Source: Nemertoderma westbladi (Eukaryota > Animalia > Xenacoelomorpha). Taken from it: a DNA stretch of 64,000 nucleotides. The position numbers and the translations under genes were made by a program. Shown here one piece after another: positions 1 through 12,500 of this stretch. How positions within the stretch are numbered: position 1 is the first letter of the stretch; every line of letters starts with the position of its first letter. Below the pieces are notes generated by a model that did no database searches, was not told the origin of the DNA, and worked only from the letters and a program-made list of their open reading frames with translations. The stretch is taken from contig JAUCBJ010000419.1 of NCBI GenBank assembly GCA_032718475.1, forward strand, positions 13,340-77,339, read 5' to 3'.

Positions 1-114
1 CAAATGTTTCTACACGGAAATGGCATAAAGTTTGCGCGCTTGACATGGAAGTTTGCGCGCGACATGGCCGTTATGGGCTTCCGTAGTTATCCCACAAAAG
101 CTTTTACACTTATC

Positions 115-551
115 TGGGTAGCTTCACTAAGGAATCTATTCTTACCTTTCCTTGACTGTGTAGTTTCACTACGGAAACAATTCTTACCATTCCTTGACTG
201 TGTAGCTTCACTACGGAAACTATTCTTACCATTCCTTGACTGTGTAGCTTCACTACGGAAACAATTCTTACCTTTCCTTAACTGTGTAGCTTCACTATGG
301 AAACAATTCTTACCTTTCCTTGACTGCGTCAGGGTAGCTTCACTACGGAAGCTATTCTTACCATTCCGTGACTGTGTAGCTTCACTACGGAAACTATTCT
401 TACCATTCCGTGACTGTGTAGCTTCACTACGGAAACTATTCTTACCATTCCTTGACTGTGTAGCTTCACTACGGAAACTATTCTTACCATTCCGTGACTG
501 TGTAGCTTCACTACGGAAACTATTCTTACCTTTCCTGGACTTGGTAGCTTC
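115..551 (-). repeat. 42-bp minisatellite (~10 copies) made of the TTLL exon-4 tail plus its splice donor
   Basis: Minus-strand unit GAAGCTACACAGTCAAGGAAWG|GTAAGAATAGTTTCCGTAGT. The first unit is the real exon end GAAGCTACCAAGTCCAGGAAAG|GTAAGA. Confidence 0.93.
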
Positions 552-3500
552 CCGTAATCCTCAGTAATCGGAATGCATTGTCCAGCAACTTTCTGTACAT
601 CACTAAATTCTCCTTGTGTGGGTAAGGAGATAAATTAGGACTCATATTGGCTTCCATCAGAAAGACTTTGTGGTCGGAGTTTAAAACGAAATCAAATCTC
701 ATAAACTCAAAGAAGTTACTAAAAACATAATATTACATATAAAATATACTGTAAATGAGAGGGCATGCAAAACTTCTAAAATTAATTAAAGTATGAACCT
801 AATTAAAAATAAGAATTTCATTAATATTCCTAAACATTGCAATTAGATAATAATCAAGGATTCAGAACACCGATACGTTGACATAATGTAAAAATAATTA
901 CGTATACCATTGTGTGAAAAGGGCTATTCAGCGTTTCAGACTTTAATTAAGTTTTGAAACCCCTTGGGCATATAAATAAAAACACCTCTATACACTGTCT
1001 TACAAGACGGACCATCACTCACTTGGGATGGAGTTTCAAATCAGCCGTAGCAGAAAGCAAATATTTGAGAGATTCAGAGACAACGACCGCAATAATTTCA
1101 TAGATCTCCTCCCACATCCGCTGAACATCTACCTTGTGTTCGATCCTTAGTATATCATTAAGCACTGTCTTCCGATTGATGTCCGTGGGGGGTTGGCCCT
1201 CGATGTACTTAAATGCAGTCGGTATCTCCCATACCGTCTGGTGGGTGTCCCCATGGATAACATATTGGGAAGTGTTAGCGGGATCCAAAGGTTCATGAGG
1301 AATCATTGTGAATCTCGGAGCCATTTCCGAGTCGTACACGTAAACGCGAAGAGGAGATAGAGAGGTGATGATAACGTAAACACCGATGTCGAACTGTAGG
1401 TGATTGACTAACAGAGGGTGGCGGATGAACTCCTGGACGAATGTTGTCGACGTGTTTAGAGAATTCAGAGATTCTGTAAATGAATTATGGTTCAGTAATT
1501 TGATATTCCGATGACCTTTTCCCTTCGCGAGGAACATTTTGTCACCGTTTTCATTATCGCTGATCAACTTTTTTCTATCTCCAGGTAGAATATAAACATT
1601 TGGCATCCATGGGTAGCCATGGAAGTTTACTCCGAGTCTCGATTTAGACATGAAATATCCGTTATTTGGAATGTGGTTGATCTATACAAATAATTGAAAG
1701 GTCTTACAATAACAATAAGATGACTACAACTACTACTACTAGGTTGAGTGAGCTCGTACACAGTGGAAATGAGATCCTTCCAGGCTTCCAGATTCTCCAT
1801 AGTTGTCGTAATTTGTTTCTCACTTATCACTTTCAAGTTTGTCTATATATGTCATAGCCGGTCGACCACATCTACGCTTTCCTTGTGTTGGTAGCCAGAA
1901 AAGTAGATCCGGTATTATGACCTCATCTTTACTTCTTCAGCAGTGCCCACTGAATCTTAATCTTCGTTCACGGAGGGTGGTTGATACTGGTGGTATTGTA
2001 AATGGAGGGTGGTTTGTCATGTGTTGTCTCCAGCTGATGTTAAGGGCTTCCGTAGTGTAACAACCATTAATTCGATGTTAACCAATTTCATTAATTACAA
2101 TCAATAATAGCTTAATAATAGCCGGATTCAATCATAGCCCTACAATGGATCCACTCCGAGCTCCTACAATGGATCAAATCTGAGCTCCTACAATGGATCC
2201 AATCTGAGCTCATGTAATGGATCCACTCTGAGCTCCTACAATGGATCAAATCTGAGCTCATATAATGGATCCACTCCGAGCTCCTACAATGGATCAAATC
2301 TCACCTCCTACAATGTATCAACGCCGAGCTCCTACAATGGATCCAATCTGAGCTCATATAATGTATCCACTCCGAGCTCCTACAATGGATCCAATCTGAG
2401 CTCATATAATGGATCCACTCCGAGTTCCTATAATGGATTCAATCCTAGCTCATACAATGGATCCACTCCGAGTTCCTACAATGGATCCAATCTGAGCTCT
2501 TACAATGGATCCAATCAGAGCTCATATAATGGATCCAATCTGAGCTCATATAATGGATCCAATCCGAGCTCCTATAATGGATTCAATCCTAGCTCCTACA
2601 ATGGATCCACTCCGAGCTCCGATAATGGATCTACTCCGAGCTACTGCAATGGATCCACTCAATGCGGCTACAGTTGATCCATAATAATAATATTAATTAT
2701 CTCAACTACATAACATAAATAGTCCTTACATACTCCTTAAATGGCACATATTCCTCTAGCCATCTTGGAAAACAGAGTGGAAAGGTTTACTGTGGAAGAT
2801 CATTCATGGTGGTAAACATTTATTCCTTGGCGTAAGGAGCCAAAAAGGTTCGCCCATTCTAATGGTACATACAATAATATATTTTATGGACACAGTTGTA
2901 AAACCGAGCATCACCTTGCCGATATATCGTTAATTTATACCGAATTATCCTTTGGTAGCCCCCTGACTAAATGAAATCTACAAACATCCCAACTTTACAA
3001 ATTTCCCAAGTGTATATGACTGAAGAAAGTTAGCTATATGGTGCATTGTTTCCGCGCCGGTAATGTTTACCAACCTAGATGCGCACTTCGGTCTATGCGT
3101 TTTTAGAGTTGTTTTGCGCTTCGTGTGAACTTACCTTTTGGTTTGGTTGCATTCCAGCTAAGAACTGATAGAAGAAACTAGTGTTTGTGAATGGAGGATA
3201 GTCGTGACTCCACATGACATCCCATCCTTGAGTGAGGTTTAGGTCCAGCACAACATAGACCTCAAAACCATGATGTTCCAGAACTTCTTTAATAAGGGAT
3301 ACCTGCAATATATATATTCTCTAATATTACTCTAACTATTCTCTTTCTTAAAATGTATGTAAAAGTCGTCGGCCGTTGGGTCAGCAATTACGCCAAACGT
3401 CTGTCGACTTATTTCCAGTGCGGTCCTCCCAGATCTATACTCCCCAGAAGTAACTGACCAGTATTCAATTAGATTCCATTTATGGATGCAAGTCGGAGAT

Positions 3501-3830
3501 GCACCTTAATGAAAATATAGTTTTGTAAACTGACAGGTACAGTATGTTACTCATATTGTAATTGTGTTAAATAAAATGTGGTTATATCTATTTATGCGAT
3601 ATAGTTATGATAAGTTCGCCCACCTCAACGTTTGCTCGTATCCAAGCAACTGGCCTATGCTTCTCAATTATATTTGCACCAGTTTTCGACAAGACCTTTA
3701 CTGATTTCTCCAATGTCGTTTCTTGTGATTCATCATAAAGAAGACCTACTAGTATGAAATTCAAGGAGGCAATCATACCAACAATGGCGAGCACTGCCAA
3801 TATATTTCGTAAGTTTCGTTTAAGATTCAT
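530..3830 (-). CDS. TTLL15-like tubulin-tyrosine-ligase-family (ATP-grasp) protein with N-terminal transmembrane helix; 3' part probably outside the window
   Basis: Exons 3830-3624, 3302-3135, 1681-1023, 718-530 with GT-AG borders and consistent phases. TTL motifs: WDVMWSHDYP, QKINHIPNNGY, FVQEFIRHPLLV, FDIGVYVIITSLSPLRVY, FFEFMRFDF, LMEANMSPNL. Hydrophobic segment ILAVLAIVGMIASLNFILVGLL near the N-terminus. Confidence 0.85.
1731..2081 (-). mobile_element. 3' fragment of RTE-like LINE (same family as 51753-52638)
   Basis: Clear similarity to the 3' end of the 51753-52638 copy; (TAG)n tail at 1731-1742. Confidence 0.8.
2135..2662. repeat. 24-bp minisatellite (GAGCTCCTACAATGGATCCACTCC)
   Basis: About 22 degenerate tandem units in the middle of TTLL intron 2. 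Confidence 0.9.
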
Positions 3831-4300
3831 TATTTTGATACTCCAATTTTTATAAACTCGCAATAAACAATAAATATTATGGTTTCGCTCTGCATAAGTA
3901 TTAGCCTATGTTACCAAAAGTGCCGATATGTGTTGCAATTTTAGTGTCTGCAAGGCGAACTCCAAAACGGGACTCTATATACAATATTGGTTTATGTTGT
4001 TAAGCGGTTCTCTAATTACGTAATAAATATTAGAGAACATTAACATAGAGTAAGGCGTGTTGAAGAGTAAAGTAATTTGAATTGTAGTAACTTATATTCT
4101 CTCGATCCTTTACTAACCTCGCTGTCGCTCGGTAAATAAAATGCCTCGAGAATAGTGAAAAAATGTTCTACTATTTTCCCATGTTATAATTAATTATAAT
4201 GCTAAATTTATTAATTACCAAAGCATTACTGATCTAGATTATATAATGCGAAATCAATAGAACATAATTCTAGATCATTGTGATTGGATAAATATTGTAT

Positions 4301-5339
4301 TATCGGCATTGATTGGACTTTATTAAAGTCTTTATTGTACGCACTGAGGATAATAAAGGGGATATTTCAAAGAAAATAATTTTCTTTGAAATATCCCCTT
4401 TATTATCCTCAGTGCGTACAATAAAGACTTTAATAAAGTCCATTATTACATGGGAAAATAGTAGAACATTTTTTCACTATTCTCGAGGCATTTTATTTAT
4501 TATTTATTATATACTTATTATACTTATTATATTTATTATTATTATATTATATTATTTATTATTATATAATTATAAAAATTATATATTATTAATATATAAT
4601 TTTCTTTGAAATATCCCCTTTATTATCCTCAGTGCGTACAATAAAGACTTTAATAAAGTCCATTATTACATGGGAAAATAGTAGAACATTTTTTCACTAT
4701 TCTCGAGGCATTTTATTTATTATTTATTATATACTTATTATACTTATTATATTTATTATTATTATATTATATTATTTATTATTATATAATTATAAAAATT
4801 ATATATTATTAATATATAATTTTCTTTGAAATATCCCCTTTATTATCCTCAGTGCGTACAATAAAGACTTTAATAAAGTCCATTATTACATGGGAAAATA
4901 GTAGAACATTTTTTCACTATTCTCGAGGCATTTTATTTATTATTTATTATATACTTATTATACTTATTATATTTATTATTATTATATTATATTATTTATT
5001 ATTATATAATTATAAAAATTATATATTATTAATATATAATTTTCTTTGAAATATCCCCTTTATTATCCTCAGTGCGTACAATAAAGACTTTAATAAAGTC
5101 CATTATTACATGGGAAAATAGTAGAACATTTTTTCACTATTCTCGAGGCATTTTATTTATTATTTATTATATACTTATTATACTTATTATATTTATTATT
5201 ATTATATTATATTATTTATTATTATATAATTATAAAAATTATATATTATTAATATATAATTTTCTTTGAAATATCCCCTTTATTATCCTCAGTGCGTACA
5301 ATAAAGACTTTAATAAAGTCCAATCAATCAATGCCGATA
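4301..5339. repeat. ~64-bp-arm palindrome followed by a 220-bp AT-rich tandem array (4 full plus 1 partial apparently identical copies)
   Basis: Palindrome centred at 4378; units begin 4381, 4601, 4821, 5041, 5261. Confidence 0.9.
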
Positions 5340-6031
5340 TTCATATTTAATTATAATTTAATATAATTATAAAATAAACATTACAAAATAATTATGAAAT
5401 ATGAACTAAATTATTTATTACATTTTATCCTATATTATATAATAAATAATTATTAGAACTTTTTCCAGTCAAATTAAAACTATTAATACTTTTGGGAGCA
5501 ACTTCGCTTTAGCACTAATTCTAGTCATTGACTGCAGCAGTAACAGAGCACATCATAACTGTGGGAGCAATTACATGTAATAAAATAATACTGTAAGGCG
5601 ATTTACAGTAGATAGTATGCGTGATTGGTATAATTTACTGGCAATATTAAAATTACAAGCACTAATGTATAATAATAATAGGTTTTATTACTATTGTAGG
5701 CCTAATCGTTGTGTTCAGGGTGGCAGCCAGAAGGGATGGCAGCATGTGAATTTATAAATGGCGATCATCTATAATTTACTGTACAAGGTTTAATGAACAC
5801 GGTTAGGTAAAAAGTACACATCTCCACTACACGTAATTTTTGCTGCTTTATTTTAATGGGGCCTACCATTTTCTATATTGCTCATCCCAAATTCAAATTA
5901 TCCATGCTGCCAATTCCGAAATTTACCGCTTAGGCTCAAACCTCCTCTCTCGACACCGCGGTAGTGCTCTTATTAGTTGGTCTTCTATGTGACAATTTTA
6001 TCCGTAAATTGCATAATGGGAGAATCTTTTA

Positions 6032-6280
6032 GACTCGTTAAACCAATAAATGCCTGTTCACCACCATGGGTGATCTTCCACAGCAAACCCTTCCACTCTG
6101 TTTCCCAAGTTGCCTTGGTTCCCATTTATCGACCACTGAAGGATGAAAGCCGGGGTTGGGATAGGCTGCAGCATTTAAAGCACTGTGCCCAAACAGTGCT
6201 GCCCCATCTAGGGATCGAACCCGGGCTCCCTAATCAGAAGCACAGTAATGTCACCACTAGACCAAGCTGCTGCTAAATTG
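6032..6280 (-). mobile_element. tRNA-derived SINE with 17-bp TSD
   Basis: A box TGGTCTAGTGG and B box GGTTCGATCCC on minus; internal GCTTTCATCCTTCAGTGGTCGATAAATG block; TSD AATGGGAGAATCTTTTA at 6015-6031 and 6281-6297. A 3' fragment of the same family lies at ~2760-2825. Confidence 0.85.
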
Positions 6281-6331
6281 AATGGGAGAATCTTTTATGA
6301 TAAATTGCATAATTAATTGAGAGTTAATGGC

Positions 6332-7697
6332 GCCCATGTGAAGAATATACGGTGGCTGAATTCGGCCAAAATTAATTATATTATGAAAACACGTTTTTGG
6401 TGATGTTGTAAAATTAATTATATTATGAAAACACGTATTTGGATGAACTTACAAAATTAATAATATTATGAAAACACGTTTTTGGCTGAACTGGCAAAAT
6501 TAATTATATTATGAAAACACGTTTTTGGATGAACTTACAAAATTAATTATATTATGAAAACACGTTTTTGGATGAACTTACAAAATTAATTATATTATGA
6601 AAACACGTTTTTGGCTGAACTGGCAAAATTAATTATATTATGAAAACACGTTTTTGGATCAATTTGCAAAATTCATTACATTATGAAAACACGTTTTTGG
6701 TGATGTTGTAAAATTAATTATATTATGAAAACACGTTTTTGGATGAACTTACAAAATTAATAATATTATGAAAACACGTTTTTGGCTGAACTGGCAAAAT
6801 TAATTATATTATGAAAACACGTTTTTGGCTGAACTGGCAAAATTAATTATATTATGAAAACACGTTTTTGGATCAATTTGCAAAATTCATTACATTATGA
6901 AAACACGTTTTTGGTGATGTTGTAAAATTAATTATATTATGAAAACACGTTTTTGGATGAACTTACAAAATTAATAATATTATGAAAACACGTTTTTGGC
7001 TGAACTGGCAAAATTAATTATATTATGAAAACACGTTTTTGGATGAACTTACAAAATTAATTATATTATGAAAACACGTTTTTGGATCAATTTGCAAAAT
7101 TCATTACATTATGAAAACACGTTTTTGTTGTTGCTTATTTTACATAATTGGAGGGGGGGGGGGGGGGGGGATAGTACTGCAGTAGGCCTCTATTGAATCG
7201 ACTACATTACCGGTCCGTAACTAAGTATGCAGGAATTACATCATTGGCGAATGAGTAGCTGTACATATTTGAATTCCCCTCCAAAGGAAGCCAGGGCTAG
7301 GGTTCAGCCAAAAACGTATTTTCATAATATAATTAATTTTACAACATCACCAAAAACGTGTTTTCATAATATAATTTATTTTGGCCGAATTCAGCCACCG
7401 TAAGAATACCAGGATTTCACTTTTCGGTCGACTTTTTATTTGAATTTTATATATGAAGATTTTTTTTTAAATTTATCTTTATGTGTTATGTGTGTATGTA
7501 CAGTATCTTTATCTTTAAGTGTTTTATATCGCTAATTTCCGTCTTTTAACCTGTACATATACTAATTCGTTTATTGTTTTGGTTAGATTCAGCTCTTCTG
7601 TAACCTGTGGTTTTGGTGTAAACGTGGTATTCTTTACATGGGTGTAACTGAAAAGTGACATATAACGGCAGAAAGTCTGGCATTCTTCACATGGGCC
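6332..7697. mobile_element. Non-autonomous TIR element (MULE-like) hosting a nested element
   Basis: TIR GCCCATGTGAAGAAT(A/G)CCAG is restored when the 6348-7402 insert is removed; flanking direct repeat GTTAATGG(C). Confidence 0.6.
6348..7402. mobile_element. IS3EU-like non-autonomous element with internal 43-44-bp tandem array
   Basis: TIR TACGGTGGCTGAATTCGGCCAAAAT...ATTTTGGCCGAATTCAGCCACCGTA; 6-bp TSD AGAATA; TAC..GTA termini. Confidence 0.75.
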
Positions 7698-8219
7698 GTT
7701 AATGGCAACAAAAATGGTCGCAAGGTATGTGCTATCTGGTATATGTGTTTTGTGGGATTAAAAACTTTAGAGTTAATTCAAGACATTAAGGGAAAGGAGC
7801 AGGTTACATTGGCGGTTTTTTCGATTCAAAACAATAATTAAAACTTTATTTCATATGCGACCCATTTGTCCTCTGGAGATTTTGAATTGTGGTCGTATGT
7901 GCGCAACTACGCCTGTAAGCTATTTGCATGGCCAAATTTGTAAAATTAAATTCTTTCTAGAGTAGACTTGCAGCATCAGTAGTCCGACAGAACAACACTA
8001 GGCCTACAGCACAACACTGAATGTACTAGTACTATACCGTCTATCCGTACTACTGCATACTATCATTGTGCGCCGTACTGCAGTACGCGTACGTGCAGCA
8101 GCTATCTGAGAATACATACTGTACTTACCTTACCGTCACCTGCTTACCCTGTATCTGTACAGTACAGTAGTACTGTAGTAGTAATGCGCTAGAAAACAAT
8201 AAAGGCCGACAGACACAAC

Positions 8220-8681
8220 ATGGCATCTGCACGAATGATATTGAGTTGCTCTACCGGTAAGAGTCCAGCACTGAGCATCTACACTCGTCGTTTAATATCG
8301 AGCAACTACATGGGTTTGGCTCTAAAACCCGTGAATCCGCGTATCCCAGCAACCCCGAGGTTATTGACGTTCAACCACCGTAGCTACTCACGTTTCCCCG
8401 CAGACCAACGCGCTCAGAGTCGAGACAAGTTGTGGACTATCGGTCTCTTCGCATCCTTTATAACTTGGTGCGTCTGGATGTGCGCGAGTTTCTATCTGGG
8501 TGATCCATTGATGCGGGCGGCCGGTAGTCAGTTTGATTTCGGCTGGTACAGGACTGGCGTATCCGATGTCGTCGACGAACGCAGACGATTGGCTTTGGAG
8601 GTTCTCTTTGAATGGCGTCAGGCGGAATACGAGAAGTGGCAGGCGGAGTTAGCGGCAGAGCAAGAAGAGGAAGCTGAATAA
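8220..8681 (+). CDS. Intronless 153-aa protein, probable mitochondrial single-pass membrane protein
   Basis: Good start context (ACAACATGG); R/S/L-rich N-terminus without acidic residues for ~60 aa; one TM segment (LWTIGLFASFITWCVWMCASFYL); acidic helical C-terminus; GC higher than the flanks. Confidence 0.7.
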   Translation: MASARMILSCSTGKSPALSIYTRRLISSNYMGLALKPVNPRIPATPRLLTFNHRSYSRFPADQRAQSRDKLWTIGLFASFITWCVWMCASFYLGDPLMRAAGSQFDFGWYRTGVSDVVDERRRLALEVLFEWRQAEYEKWQAELAAEQEEEAE

Positions 8682-9506
8682 CTAAAACATTAGAATTATA
8701 TGCGAGATTCGACGGCAGACTGTCGAGTTTATCTACAAGATTAACGATTGTTATTTGTTGTAGGCCCTACACTTTTTATAAATACCGGTACTAGAATTTA
8801 CGTTTAAATTAAATTCACTTATGTAGAGGTCAGTAGTTAGTAAACGTAGAGACGCTACTAATACTGTATTATTGATAGGCCTACCGGTAGGCCTATGGAC
8901 TTTATTTAGTTATCTTTTAGTATTTGTCAACTAAATCAATCTAGTTTCGGCTGCATAACATATAGACCGGCGTAGCGTTTGTATCACCGTGCGACAAACG
9001 GAAGAGACCACATAACATTATGATGTGCAACTTTGTTTTGTTAATGAATTAATTTATGCCGGACAGTTGGATTGGCTCTACCAAAAGTTACTTTACCGCG
9101 AGGCGGTGATTGATATTACTTCATTTCTTTCAATCTTCTTCGTTCTTTTTTATTCATCCGCGGTTTAATATAAATGTAATAGTGCGCCACTTGTATTATA
9201 CTTATGGTATATACCGGTAATTAAAATAATGGTTCTAAATTGCTTTGAAACAAATCCGTTAACCATTTGCGTACCTAACATTAATTACATAAATTTTTAC
9301 TTCTAAGGACCAAGAAAAATATATTTGATTGGACCAAGGTTTATTTTCTTGGTACCAGAGATTTTTATCAAAGTATAATATTATTGCTTATCCTACCCTA
9401 AAAGGCGGCACACTGCCCCATTTAACCATTTTCTAATTTTTTTAAATCTTTCATTTGAACCCCATGGCCTTTTTTTAGTGTTAGTTGGTACGAAAAGGGT
9501 TAATTA

Positions 9507-12500
9507 GGTTCTGTCGTGTTTCGGCAATTGAACAATTACCTTTCACCAACTGCTACAGTTGCATTTCGGCAACTCGTAGTTGCGTTTCGGCAACTCGTAG
9601 TTGCATTTCGGCAACTCGTAGTTGCATTTCGGCAACTAGGTCACATACCCTCGTATGTAATGTAACTGTGACTGCACTGCACTCATTATGTAAGTAAATG
9701 ATAAATGATGAGTTAGTAAGTTTAAGTTAGTTATAGTTATTGACGGCAGAGTTGTTCACTGTTTGAGTTAGTTAGTTAATTTTAAATATACCGCAGCTGA
9801 TGTTGTGGATGTAAGCGTTTGGAAGTGGAGTCTGTCTGTCTGAAACACTTACAATTTCCAAGGGGAGTTTTTCTAATACAAAGCGAAGTGCACCTTGTTG
9901 GGCGGGGTTTACAGGGGTAAAACACGGATTTTCGTTAATTACTAAGATTTGTTGGATCCGGAATGGGGTGTAAAACACGGATTTTCGTTAATTACTAAGT
10001 TTTATTGGATCCGGAATGGAGTGTAAAACACGGATTTTCGTTAATTATCATGTTTAGTTGGATCCGGAATGGAGTGTAAAACACGGATTTACGTTAATTA
10101 TCAAGTTTTATTGGATCCGGAATGGAGTGTAAAATACGGATTTACGTTAATTACCAAGTTTTATTGGATCCGGAATGGAGTGTAAAACACGGATTTTCGT
10201 TAATTACCAAGTTTTGTTGGATCCGGAATGGGGTGTAAAACACGGATTTTCGTTAATTACCAAGTTTTGTTGGATCCGGAATGGAGTGTAAAACACGGAT
10301 TTACGTTAATTATCATGTTTAGTTGGATCCGGAATGGAGTGTAAAACACGGATTTTCGTTAATTACCAAGTTTTATTGTTCTATGCCTAGGGGCCACACA
10401 TAAGCTTAATCCGGCTCTGGGGGACACCTTAATAGGGGTCAATGCTTCCCAATGAATTATTAATAAGGGCGATGGTGATGTTTGGCCGTCAGACATTATT
10501 AGATATTGATTAGCTGAAAAACTGCTACCGTGGGAACGTGACCTCTCTGGTAGAGCGGCTCTGTAGACAATTGTATGGTAGGATTACTGTCCTGTTCCCT
10601 GATTGGCTTATCCATCCCAACCTCCCTTACAAACAAGAATCACTGTTCTGCCTAGCTGGCAGTAGTTTGTACTGCATCATAGCGTACTCTATTTGCCTTG
10701 CAAGCGTGCTGCCTTCGTAATTTATGGAGGCTGAACTGTTCAGTATAATTTCTTATCATTTTTAAAGCCGAAATACGGTCTAGAACGATTTTCTATGTTT
10801 TTAAGTTAAACTGCCTACGTTTGCATAGTAGTCTATGATAAAATTAATTATCCTGGTATTAATCCCTGGTTATTAAAGAAAGAAAAGTTACTAAAGAACA
10901 ATAAACATTGTACTAATTAATAATTGTAACTATATGAGGGTATGCGGGTATTGCATATGCGTTTTACAAAATGTTCATTAAAACTTACTAATTAACTTGA
11001 ATTCGCGTTTTACACCCCGTCCCGGATCCAATCAAACTTGGTAATAAACTTGAATCCGCGTTTTACACCCCGTCCCGGATCCAGAAACACTTTGTAATTA
11101 ACCCGAATCCGCGTTTTACACCCCTCCCCGAATCCAGTAACACTTTGGTAATAAACTTGAATCCGCGTTTTACACCCCGTCCCGGATCCAATAAAACTTG
11201 GTAATAAACTTGAATTCGCGTTTTACACCCCGTCCCGGATCCAATAAAACTTGGTAATAAACTTGAATCCGCATTTTACACCCCGTCCCGGATCCAGAAA
11301 CACTTTGTAATTAACTTGAATCCGCGTTTTACACCCCTTCCCGGATCCAATAAAACTTTGTAATTAACCCGAATCCGCGTTTTACACCCCTCCCCGGATT
11401 CAGTAACACTTTGGTAATAAACTTGAATCCGCATTTTACACCCCGTCCCGGATCCAATAAAACTTGGTAATAAACTTGAATCCGCGTTTTACACCCCGTC
11501 CCGGATCCAGAAACACTTTGTAATTAACCCGAATCCGCGTTTTACACCCCTCCCCGGATCCAGTAACACTTTGGTTATAAACTTGAATCCGCGTTTTACA
11601 CCCCTCCCTGGATCCAAAAAAACTTGGTAATAAACTTGAGTCCGCGTTTTACACCCCGTCCCGGATCCAGAAACACTTTGTAATTAACCCGAATCCGCGT
11701 TTTACACCCCTTCCCGGATACAGTAACACTTTGGTAATTAACTTGAATCCGCGTTTTACACCCCTTCCCGGATCCAATAAAACTTAGTAATAAACTTGAA
11801 TCCGCGTTTTACACCCCGTCCCGGATCCAATAAAACTCGGTAATAAACTTGAATCCGCGTTTTACACCCCGTCCCGGATCCAATAAAACTCGGTAATAAA
11901 CTTGAATCCGCGTTTTACACCCCGTCCCGGATCCAGAAACACTTTGTAATTAACCCGAATCCGCGTTTTACACCCCTCCCCGGATCCAGTAACACTTTGG
12001 TAATAAACTTGAATCCGAGTTTTACACCCCGTCCCGGATCCAATAAAACTTGGTAATAAACTTGAATCCGCGTTTTACACCCCGTCCCGGATCCAATAAA
12101 ACTTGATAATTAACTTGAATCCGCGTTTTACACCCCTTCCCGGATCCAATAAAACTTAGTAATAAACTTGAATCCGCGTTTTACAACCCGTCCCGGATCC
12201 AATAAAACTTGGTAATAAACTTGAATCCGCGTTTTACACCCCTTCCCGGATCCAATAAAACTTTGTAATTAACCCGAATCCGCGTTTTACACCCCTCCCC
12301 GGATCCAGTAACACTTTGGTAATAAACTTGAATCCGAGTTTTACACCCCGTCCCGGATCCAATAAAACTTGGTAATAAACTTGAATCCGCGTTTTACACC
12401 CCGTCCCGGATCCAATAAAACTTGGTAAAAAACTTGAATCCGTGTTTTACACCCCTTCCCGGATCCAGTAACACTTGGTAAATAAATTGAATCCGCGTTT

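Noticed and set aside
4-567. 187-aa plus-strand ORF with 14-aa repeats
   Set aside because: Antisense reading of the 42-bp donor minisatellite.
2135-2662. 24-bp array as another donor-anchored repeat
   Set aside because: Mid-intron, with no similarity to the flanking exon ends and no donor consensus.
2970-3075. Possible extra TTLL exon (LVNITGAET..)
   Set aside because: Phase mismatch and stop codon; QK|INHIP at 1681 completes the motif without it.
4313-5269. Four near-identical hydrophobic ORFs
   Set aside because: Products of the AT-rich 220-bp array with non-ATG starts.
6195-6275. Possible tRNA gene
   Set aside because: No proper cloverleaf; it is the head of a TSD-flanked SINE.
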